Assembly: GCA_018674305.1 (NCBI GenBank)
Contig: JABHAL010000008.1
Span: forward strand, 954-64,953
Reading direction: 5' to 3'
Length of the DNA stretch: 64,000 nt
DNA from: Candidatus Falkowbacteria bacterium
GTDB taxonomy: Bacteria; Patescibacteriota; Patescibacteriia; UBA11705; JABHMO01
The notes beneath the pieces are model-generated. The model saw only the letters and a list, made by a program, of their open reading frames with translations. It did not search any database and had not been told where the DNA came from. Positions 1 to 7,622 of this stretch are shown here, piece by piece (position 1 is the first letter of the stretch; the number at the start of each line of letters is the position of its first letter). The position numbers and the translations under genes were made by a program.

Positions 1-801
1 AGTCTTGGTGAGTTAAAAGCAACTAAGCCGATGGGAGCCGATTGTGGTAATGATTGGGAATGTATTAGTAATGACTGCGAAGGTGAGTCAGGAGCAGGCA
101 CAACGCCTGGGGCACAACGTTGTGAGTGCAATGAAACCTCTGATTGTGCGAATGAAGGTATGCCAGACGCAATATGTGCGAAATCTTTAGCAACTTGGAA
201 TTCATGTGTGCAACCTAAGTCAGCTGGAAGATTTGTTTTTAAGGATGATGTTTACGTATCTGGTGACTATGGTGGTATCTGTGATCCGACGTTATTTAGT
301 CATGTTACAGGGCAGGATGATACTCAATGTTTTGGACCGACAACGGACTGTGAGGGAGAGGAAAATAGTGATGGGGTTGCTCAAATTAGATGTGAATGTG
401 ATAGTGACGCTGATTGCTCGGTTCATGGAACAATTAATGGAGATGCCTTTGTCTGTGCTAAAACGGATGGTGATGGTTGTGGCTGGAATAGATGTATAAA
501 TGGAAAATTGCCAGATGGTTGGAGTTGTTATAATCATAAAGATTGTGAAAGCGGTTATTGTCCTAGTATTTCGGGTTGTGATAAATGTGCTCCAAAAGCA
601 GAAACTTGTACTAAAGGGAAGTATTTAGATAGTTGTGAATATGGTGGTGATTCAGCTTGTTGTCCTGGCTTTGATTGCATGTCAGTTTATTTTGGTGATG
701 GTAACCAATGTGAACCAGAAAATCAATCGACTTGTAACCAGTATTATCCAGGATCAAATTTTGTTGGTCAAAAGGTATATCCTAATAAGTGTGAAAAATA
801 G
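1..801 (+). CDS. Cys-rich secreted/surface protein, 3' part (runs off the left edge)
   Basis: Frame 1 is open from base 1. Dense CxxxxxC.S..C Dickkopf/EB-like motifs resemble those in 33777-37715. Confidence 0.75.
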   Translation, partial: SLGELKATKPMGADCGNDWECISNDCEGESGAGTTPGAQRCECNETSDCANEGMPDAICAKSLATWNSCVQPKSAGRFVFKDDVYVSGDYGGICDPTLFSHVTGQDDTQCFGPTTDCEGEENSDGVAQIRCECDSDADCSVHGTINGDAFVCAKTDGDGCGWNRCINGKLPDGWSCYNHKDCESGYCPSISGCDKCAPKAETCTKGKYLDSCEYGGDSACCPGFDCMSVYFGDGNQCEPENQSTCNQYYPGSNFVGQKVYPNKCEK

Positions 802-804
802 TCT

Positions 805-1770
805 ATGACTTACAAAATGCCATTTAAATATTTACTTAATCCTGGACACTCAGCCTGTAGCGGTTGCGGTGAGATTTTGGCTATGCGGCATGTACTGGAA
901 GCAGCTGGTAGAAATACGATTGTAACCAATGCTACTGGATGTAGTGAGGTTACTACTACTCGATATCCGATGAGCGCATTCAAAGTACCGTGGATCCACG
1001 CGAATTTTGAAAACGCAGCACCGTTAGCTTCGGGCATTCGAGCGGCCTTGAATTACAAAGATGTAAAAAAGAAAGAAAGAAAGAAAGAAAAAAAGCAAGA
1101 CAGTATTGAAAAGGAATTAACTAATCAACCAATTAACCAATCAACCAACATTATTGCTTGGGGTGGTGACGGTGCGACATTTGATATTGGGATTGGCATG
1201 ATTTCCGGAATGTGGGAACGCGGTGAAGATGTTTTGTATGTATGTTTTGATAATGAAGCGTATATGAATACGGGTATTCAGGCTTCAGGCTCTACTCCGT
1301 ATGGTTCGAATACCACAACCACTCAACCGGGCAAAGAATCAACAGGCAATAATCTTTATAAAAAAGATATGCTGAAAATAGCTTTGGCGCATAATTGTAC
1401 CTATGTTGGTTCAGCTACAGTAGGTAACGTGATGGACATTCAGGCTAAAGTGAAAAAAGCATTGGCTTTACCAGGTCCAAAGTATATACAGATTTTAGTG
1501 ACTTGTGTTCCGGGCTGGTATACAGATTCCAAAGATACGATTAAGGTTGCCAAACTGGCTCAGCAAACTGGAGTCTTTCCAGTGGTAGAATATGTTGAAG
1601 GTAAATTAGCCAATGTGGCCAAGTGTCCTAAACCACGACCAAAAGTTGAAGATTATTTGAAATTACAAGGACGATATAAACATTTATTCAAACCTGAAGT
1701 TAATCAGGTTGAGATTGACAAAATTCAAGCGTTGGCTGATCGCAACATCTCACGGTATAATCTTACGTAG
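805..1770 (+). CDS. porB: pyruvate/2-oxoacid:ferredoxin oxidoreductase beta subunit (TPP-binding)
   Basis: ACSGCG, GCS, GGDG...DNEAYMNTGIQ TPP motif. Carries a low-complexity insertion at about 1066-1150. Confidence 0.92.
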   Translation: MTYKMPFKYLLNPGHSACSGCGEILAMRHVLEAAGRNTIVTNATGCSEVTTTRYPMSAFKVPWIHANFENAAPLASGIRAALNYKDVKKKERKKEKKQDSIEKELTNQPINQSTNIIAWGGDGATFDIGIGMISGMWERGEDVLYVCFDNEAYMNTGIQASGSTPYGSNTTTTQPGKESTGNNLYKKDMLKIALAHNCTYVGSATVGNVMDIQAKVKKALALPGPKYIQILVTCVPGWYTDSKDTIKVAKLAQQTGVFPVVEYVEGKLANVAKCPKPRPKVEDYLKLQGRYKHLFKPEVNQVEIDKIQALADRNISRYNLT

Positions 1771-1795
1771 GGACAGGGCAATGCCCGGTCCCGTG
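1767..1795. repeat. GTAG-type REP-like palindrome overlapping the porB stop codon
   Basis: GTAGGGACAGGGCAATGCCCGGTCCC hairpin. Related elements at 18556, 45383 and 61394. Confidence 0.65.
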
Positions 1796-1819
1796 AATGC
1801 GAACAGCAGGAGATTGATG

Positions 1820-1840
1820 GAGCGCGAAAGCGCTCTTTTT
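1820..1840 (+). terminator. intrinsic terminator after porB
   Basis: GAGCGC-GAAA-GCGCTC followed by TTTTT. Confidence 0.75.
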
Positions 1841-1857
1841 GATTTAACCATACATCC

Positions 1858-1957
1858 TGTCATCCTGAATTTATTTCAGGATCTAGGATGTTGCATATTA
1901 GTGTATTGATTCTAACAACCCACCCCTTATTGTCATTCCGGGCTTGACCCGGAATCT
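1858..1957. repeat. two TGTC-type REP-like palindromes (1858-1884, 1931-1957)
   Basis: TGTCATCCTGAATTTATTTCAGGATCT and TGTCATTCCGGGCTTGACCCGGAATCT share ends and have different stems. Confidence 0.7.
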
Positions 1958-1974
1958 GTGTAATTTTACAGCAC

Positions 1975-2327
1975 TTGACAAAGTGTGAATAATGTCGTAA
2001 AGTAGTATGTTCGTAATAAATTTTAATTATGAACGTCATAAAGGGTGAGTAGTTAATTTTACTTACTGCTCACAAAATTTTATATGAATAATTACCAGAC
2101 AATCAAAAAGTTTTGGAGATTTCCTGCAATGGTTTTTGCAGGAGGCCTGTTTCGTGCTGCTCTGGAAGTTTCACAATATAATCCAGTTGCACAAACAAGG
2201 GCGGGATCTCTTTGTATCTTTGATTGGAAGGTGAAATTGTTTGGTGAAAAAAATAAATTTAAGCTTATAACATAACTACTATATAAATTAAAGTTGCAAA
2301 GACGTCCTGGTCTTAGGGCGTTTTTTT
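1975..2327 (+). promoter_or_regulatory. promoter, structured leader with 63-aa ORF (2084-2275) and terminator upstream of the ABC exporter
   Basis: TTGACA-17-TAAAGT from 1975; hairpin TCCTGCAA/TTGCAGGA; terminator AAAGACGTCCT..AGGGCGTTTTTTT at 2298-2327. Confidence 0.45.
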
Positions 2328-2458
2328 GAACTTTAAAAATTTAATTTGGAGCTATAAATATTGATTGGATTCGAATGTTTGATTTTTGAAATTTCGAATT
2401 GTAGTTTAATTGGGAATTGTTTATTGGATATTTGTTATTTTCAAACTAGAGGTTTGGT

Positions 2459-4288
2459 ATGAGCGATTGGGAAATGAAATTGGAAAAAAAGGATCGGAAT
2501 ATTCAGTTTTTACTACGGAGTTTGAGGACTTTATGGGAATTACTTGGTGATCAGAAAAAAGCCATTGGTAAGGCGGTATTTGTTTTATTCTTTATTGAAA
2601 TCCTGAGCGTAAGTTTTCCGTTTTTACTGAAATTGATTTTTGATCAGTTACCGGAAATTATCATTCAGAAGCAGGTAAGCACATATTTAGTTGTATTGAT
2701 AGGTTGTTTACTTGTGGTGAAAGTTGTGGCTCTGGTTTTGAAACATTTTGTGGCGGAAATCAGTTTTTTACGTGGACTTATTAAATTGGAGAACGGTTGG
2801 CCAGTTGTTGTCCAAGAAAAACTACTGAGCCTATCTATCGGTTTTCATGAAACGGAAAATACCGGCAAGAAAATTTCAAAAATTGAAAAGGGATGTGACA
2901 AATTAGTTCAGATTGTAATTGATATGTATTGGGGGATTTTACCGCAGGTATTTTTTCTGCTGATAAACGTTACGGTTGCTATAATTATTGACTGGAAGCT
3001 TGGTTTGCTCTTTATGCTACCATTTATTCCTGCAATGTACATTCATTATCGAATGTTCAATCGGTTCGAGGATGATTGGGAAGCCTGGGAAAAGAAAAAA
3101 GAAGAATCAGGTGGACTTTTATGTCAATCAATTATTAACGTAAGTACTGTTCAGAATTTTGGTCAGGAAAAGCGAGAGTTACAGCAGAATTTAAAGATTA
3201 GGGAATTTATGCAGGATTTGGATATTAATATTTGCGAAAAAATGCAGTTGTACTTTTTTGGCTCCGGCTTAATTTTGCATTTGTTTTACTTTATAACAAT
3301 TGCACTTGGCTTTACCTTTGTTTTTATGGGAATAAGTTCGATCGGAACCATAGTGTATTTAATCGCTACTGGTAATATCACGATTTTCTGCATTGGCGAT
3401 ATTATGCATACCTATACTCGAGTCATGAGAAAGTCAATTTCTGTTAGTCGCATGAAAGAATTGATGGACACGGAAATAGATATTGAAACTTGCCCGGAGG
3501 CAATTGTTCCTAATAGTTACGCAGGTGAATTTGAATTTGATGAAGTGAGTTTTACTTATTCCGGAAAGGATCGGCCGGTTCTGAAAGATTTTTCAATGAT
3601 GATTCATCCTCATCAAATGGTTGCCTTGGTTGGTAAAAGCGGTGAAGGTAAAACTACGATGATCCGTTTAATTTCTAGGATGTATGATATTGATGAAGGT
3701 TCGATAAAGTTGGATGGTAGAGATATTCGTGATCTTGATCTAGAATATCTGAGAAAGATTTTCGCCATTGTCCAGCAAGATGTAGATATTTTCGATACAA
3801 CGCTCCTGGAAAATATTCGTTATCCCGATGCCGAAGCGTCGGAAGAACAGGTGATTGAAGCTCTCAAAGCTTCGCATTTGTATGAAGCCTTGCAGAATTT
3901 GGATCGTTTTCCTGATGGAATTAAAACTCAAGTTGGTGAGCGTGGAATTCGGTTGTCTGGTGGTGAACGACAAAGAGTGGGAATTGCTCGAGCGTATATT
4001 GCGCTTTTGAATGGTGCCCGGGTATTGATTTTGGATGAAGCTACTTCTAATCTAGATTCCGAAGCGGAAAAAGCAATTCAGAAAATGATTGGGAAGGTTA
4101 GAGAAAAATTAAATATTTCAATCATTGCGATTGCTCATCGATTAAGTACGATCCAGAAAGCCGACATGATTTACGTAATCAACAATGGTAATGTTGCAGA
4201 ATCCGGTGATCATTCTCGATTAGTTCAAGAAAATGGATTGTATGCTCATCTGGTAGAATTACAGAAGCTGGGTGATTTACGCGAGTGA
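2459..4288 (+). CDS. ABC exporter, fused TMD-NBD (MsbA/ABCB-like)
   Basis: N-terminal TM domain; GKSGEGKTT, LSGGERQR, ILDEATS, AHRLS motifs. Confidence 0.93.
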   Translation: MSDWEMKLEKKDRNIQFLLRSLRTLWELLGDQKKAIGKAVFVLFFIEILSVSFPFLLKLIFDQLPEIIIQKQVSTYLVVLIGCLLVVKVVALVLKHFVAEISFLRGLIKLENGWPVVVQEKLLSLSIGFHETENTGKKISKIEKGCDKLVQIVIDMYWGILPQVFFLLINVTVAIIIDWKLGLLFMLPFIPAMYIHYRMFNRFEDDWEAWEKKKEESGGLLCQSIINVSTVQNFGQEKRELQQNLKIREFMQDLDINICEKMQLYFFGSGLILHLFYFITIALGFTFVFMGISSIGTIVYLIATGNITIFCIGDIMHTYTRVMRKSISVSRMKELMDTEIDIETCPEAIVPNSYAGEFEFDEVSFTYSGKDRPVLKDFSMMIHPHQMVALVGKSGEGKTTMIRLISRMYDIDEGSIKLDGRDIRDLDLEYLRKIFAIVQQDVDIFDTTLLENIRYPDAEASEEQVIEALKASHLYEALQNLDRFPDGIKTQVGERGIRLSGGERQRVGIARAYIALLNGARVLILDEATSNLDSEAEKAIQKMIGKVREKLNISIIAIAHRLSTIQKADMIYVINNGNVAESGDHSRLVQENGLYAHLVELQKLGDLRE

Positions 4289-4401
4289 AAACACAAGCGC
4301 TGACTTAATAAGTCGGCGCTTTTTTATTATATTGACAAAAGTGAGTTAATTTGCTAAATTATCATGTTGTATTGAACATTGAAAATTGGAGAGAAAAATG
4401 A
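4288..4401 (+). repeat. duplicated terminator-promoter-RBS unit, copy 1
   Basis: 51 nt identical to 5431-5481; second identical block ATTGAACATTGAAAATTGGAGAGAAAAATGA; TTGACA-17-TAAATT with extended TG. Confidence 0.9.
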
Positions 4402-5432
4402 GAGATCCAGAAGTGAAGTATGTGGAGTCGTATTCATTGCCAACTAAATGGAAAGAGCTTTATCCGTTTTGCTTAGTTATTTGTTTGTACTTTGTTGGCT
4501 TACAGTCTATTTTGGCAGAAGTTATCAGTGATAGCAAACTCTTATTTTGGGCACTGCTTAAAGTTGTCGGAATTGTGTTTGTTTTTTTTATCATTATGTC
4601 CTGTGTCGTGAATAGGCGACATAATGGAATTCCATTCATGCAATACCTAAAGCAAAAACTAAAAATGGCCAGTCTTGAAAGTCTGATTTTTTGTTGGTTA
4701 GGTGTGGCTATCATTTATCTTAGAAGTAATTGGTACTGGCTGGGAGTTCTTTTTTTGATTTATAGGATTGTTGTATATTGGGGAGAAGATTATGTAGCTC
4801 GAAATATAACTCGTTACGCTAGTAACAGAAAAAGATTCAATTCAAATGATCCAGTTCAGTGTATTTGTGAAAATATTGCCAGAAAGACAGGCATTTCATT
4901 TTCTAGAGCTCTAGTTGTTAGGAATTGGGACGATTCAGCAGCAGTGGTTGGAATTAATGGAGAAAATGGAATTATTTTTTCAGAAGATTTTATAGAGAAT
5001 AACGCGCTTGAAACAATCGAAGCGGTCGCCTGGCATGAGTTTGGCCATCTTCTTGTTAATAGGTGGCATAAATATTTTATCTATTCCGCAAGTTCAATTA
5101 TAGGATGTTTATCTTTTTGGGCTTTTAATTGGGTTCTGTCTTTTTGTCAACATGATTGGTATGAAATGCCGGCATTACTAAGTTGGCTATTGCTGATTTG
5201 GGCGGGTGTATACTTGGTTCTTTCTTTTACGTTAATATTCCATAATAATTTGATAAAATTAGAGGAAATATGGGCTGACATTTATGCCTTGAAAAACGCT
5301 AAGTCACCAGAAGTTCTAATCACGTGCCTTAGTATGGGTGGGAGGTTTGAGAACAAATCATCTTTCAGAAGACATCCAAATTATAAAATTAGAATTTGGT
5401 ATTCGAAAATGTATTTGCGTTATTTTAAATAA
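4398..5432 (+). CDS. M48/HtpX-like membrane zinc metalloprotease
   Basis: Multiple TM segments, HEFGH, EIWAD, RHP..R. Start placed at ATG 4398 after GGAGAG. Confidence 0.8.
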   Translation: MRDPEVKYVESYSLPTKWKELYPFCLVICLYFVGLQSILAEVISDSKLLFWALLKVVGIVFVFFIIMSCVVNRRHNGIPFMQYLKQKLKMASLESLIFCWLGVAIIYLRSNWYWLGVLFLIYRIVVYWGEDYVARNITRYASNRKRFNSNDPVQCICENIARKTGISFSRALVVRNWDDSAAVVGINGENGIIFSEDFIENNALETIEAVAWHEFGHLLVNRWHKYFIYSASSIIGCLSFWAFNWVLSFCQHDWYEMPALLSWLLLIWAGVYLVLSFTLIFHNNLIKLEEIWADIYALKNAKSPEVLITCLSMGGRFENKSSFRRHPNYKIRIWYSKMYLRYFK

Positions 5433-5544
5433 AACACAAGCGCTGACTTAATAAGTCGGCGCTTTTTTATTATATTGACAAGTGTTAGCCAATTTGTTAT
5501 AATTTTTTGTTGAATTGAACATTGAAAATTGGAGAGAAAAATGA
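5431..5544 (+). repeat. duplicated terminator-promoter-RBS unit, copy 2
   Basis: Same blocks as 4288; TTGACA(5475)-17-TATAAT(5498) with extended TG. Confidence 0.9.
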
Positions 5545-7364
5545 CTGACACGACCGAGAATGAAGTTGAGGAAAAGAGAGGTTTTAAGGATTTTCGAAAT
5601 GGAATTAAAAACCTTTGGGAACTGATTGGAGACAGAAAGAGAGAAGTAGCATTTCTTGTAGTTACCGTTATATTGGCGCAGTTGATGTCACTGATAACTC
5701 CGTATCTTTTCAAATTGATTTTTGATGAGCTACCGCAAATTTTGGAAAATAGAGAAATCAGTACGTACTTGATTCTTTTGATAGCAGCTCTATTCTTTTT
5801 CAGATTCTTGCATATTGTCGTAGTATTTTTTGTGCAATATATAAGAATGGAAAAAGTAATGGTGAAGTTGGAGCAGTATTGGCCTGTCTTAACTCAGAAA
5901 AAAATGTTGCAACTTTCACTAGGCTATCACGAGCGTGAAAACACTGGCAAGAAAGTCAGTAAAATCACAGAGGGCTGTAACCGACTAAATCAGTTAGTGG
6001 CAGATATTTACTGGAACTTTTTTCCAGAAGTATTGTATCTGATATTCAACGTAGTGATCATCATTGTGTTGGATTGGAAGTTGGGAGTTTTGTTCATAAT
6101 CCCATTTGTCTTCGGAATTGGGATTGGTAACCATGCTCACAAGAAACAATATAAAGAATGGAAATCTCTAACCAAAAAAAGAGAAAAAGCGGACGGCTTT
6201 TTTACTCAGGCACTGCTAAACGTGAAAACTGTTCAAAGTTTTGTACGTGAAGATTATGAAGTCGATCGTCACTCCAATCTGCGTGAAGAAATGGTAGAGC
6301 AGGAGATAAAGGTTGACTATAGTCTTCGTAAATACTTTTTTTCCATGAGTGCCATTTTTAACTTTCTCTTGATAGCGATAATTGTGCTAGGTTTGTACTT
6401 TGTGTATCTGGGAATTAGTACAATCGGTACAGTCGTTTATATCATTGTGACAGGCAATGGAAGTATGGGACGGCTTCACAATTTAATTAGAAGTTACACT
6501 CGGATGATGCGTGGCTTTGTGGTAGTTGATAGGTTGAAAGAGATATTAGAAGAAAAACCAGATGTGGAAAATTCAAATAATGCTTTTATCCCGAAGAGCT
6601 TTACTGGAAAAATTTGTTTTGATAATGTGAGTTTCACTTATCCGAATAAAGATGTTCCAGTTTTGCGAAATCTTTCCGTGGATCTTCAACCAAAAGAAAT
6701 GGTTGCATTGTTTGGAAAGAGTGGAATAGGTAAAACAACGTTAGTTCGACTTATTTGTCGGATGTACGATATTGATGAAGGAAGAATCAGTCTGGATGGA
6801 GCAGACATTCGATTGCTAGATTTATACTGGTATCGTAGGTTGTTTGCAATTGTCCAGCAGGAAGTTGAGATTTTTGATACCAGTCTTCACAATAATATTG
6901 TGTATCCTAGTGACTCGGTAACAGCAGACCAAGTTAAACAGGCAATTAAGGCTGCGCACTTAGACGGAATGGTAAATGACAAGGCTCGTTTTCCCGATGG
7001 ATTGGAAACTCAGGTTGGAGAACGTGGCGTTCGACTTTCCGGTGGTGAGAAACAACGCGTTGGTATTGCTAGAGCCTATGTGGCCTTGCTTCACGGCGCA
7101 CGTATACTTATTCTGGACGAAGCTACTTCCAACTTGGATTCAGAAGCGGAAGAAGTCGTTCACGAGATGATTGATAAGGTCAGAAAAACAATGGACATTT
7201 CCATTGTGGCAATTGCGCATAGAATTTCTACCATCAAGAAAGCTGATCGCATTTGTGTGATTGATGATGGTGTAATTCTGGAGCAAGGTTCTCACAAAGA
7301 GCTGATTGATTTGCAGGGACATTATGCGAAATTGGTCAAGCTACAAAAGGTGAACGGTCTATAA
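5541..7364 (+). CDS. ABC exporter, fused TMD-NBD; paralog of 2459-4288
   Basis: GKSGIGKTT, LSGGEKQR, ILDEATS; colinear similarity to the first copy. Start at ATG 5541. Confidence 0.93.
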   Translation: MTDTTENEVEEKRGFKDFRNGIKNLWELIGDRKREVAFLVVTVILAQLMSLITPYLFKLIFDELPQILENREISTYLILLIAALFFFRFLHIVVVFFVQYIRMEKVMVKLEQYWPVLTQKKMLQLSLGYHERENTGKKVSKITEGCNRLNQLVADIYWNFFPEVLYLIFNVVIIIVLDWKLGVLFIIPFVFGIGIGNHAHKKQYKEWKSLTKKREKADGFFTQALLNVKTVQSFVREDYEVDRHSNLREEMVEQEIKVDYSLRKYFFSMSAIFNFLLIAIIVLGLYFVYLGISTIGTVVYIIVTGNGSMGRLHNLIRSYTRMMRGFVVVDRLKEILEEKPDVENSNNAFIPKSFTGKICFDNVSFTYPNKDVPVLRNLSVDLQPKEMVALFGKSGIGKTTLVRLICRMYDIDEGRISLDGADIRLLDLYWYRRLFAIVQQEVEIFDTSLHNNIVYPSDSVTADQVKQAIKAAHLDGMVNDKARFPDGLETQVGERGVRLSGGEKQRVGIARAYVALLHGARILILDEATSNLDSEAEEVVHEMIDKVRKTMDISIVAIAHRISTIKKADRICVIDDGVILEQGSHKELIDLQGHYAKLVKLQKVNGL

Positions 7365-7371
7365 AGTAAAC

Positions 7372-7406
7372 ACACAAGCGCTAACTTAATGAGTTGGTGC
7401 TTTTTT
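7372..7406 (+). terminator. third, diverged copy of the cassette terminator
   Basis: ACACAAGCGCTAACTTAATGAGTTGGTGCTTTTTT; substitutions keep the pairing. Confidence 0.8.
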
Positions 7407-7408
7407 AA

Positions 7409-7533
7409 TACAGATTACGGATTTGTACGGATTTTACGGATTTTTTAGAGCGTTAATATTTTAAGTTTGTTTTTTAGCAAGGGTTGTTAAGACCTTAGTT
7501 GATCCGTACATCCGTATATATCCGTAATCTGTA
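7409..7533. repeat. inverted array of TACGGAT units (MITE-like)
   Basis: 14-bp perfect terminal IR TACAGATTACGGAT/ATCCGTAATCTGTA; sister copy at 23184-23283. Confidence 0.75.
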
Positions 7534-7622
7534 CCTTAGCTCTTTACAAACCTTTTTATTATTGTTATAATGGCTCACAGCATGTTTCTAACATAAAAAT
7601 ATAATAAATCCAACCTGATTTT

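Noticed and set aside
4288..7406. Repeats as a CRISPR array or integron attC sites
   Set aside because: Spacing is gene-sized, the units are terminator plus promoter, and there are no GTTRRRY boxes and no cas or intI genes in the window.
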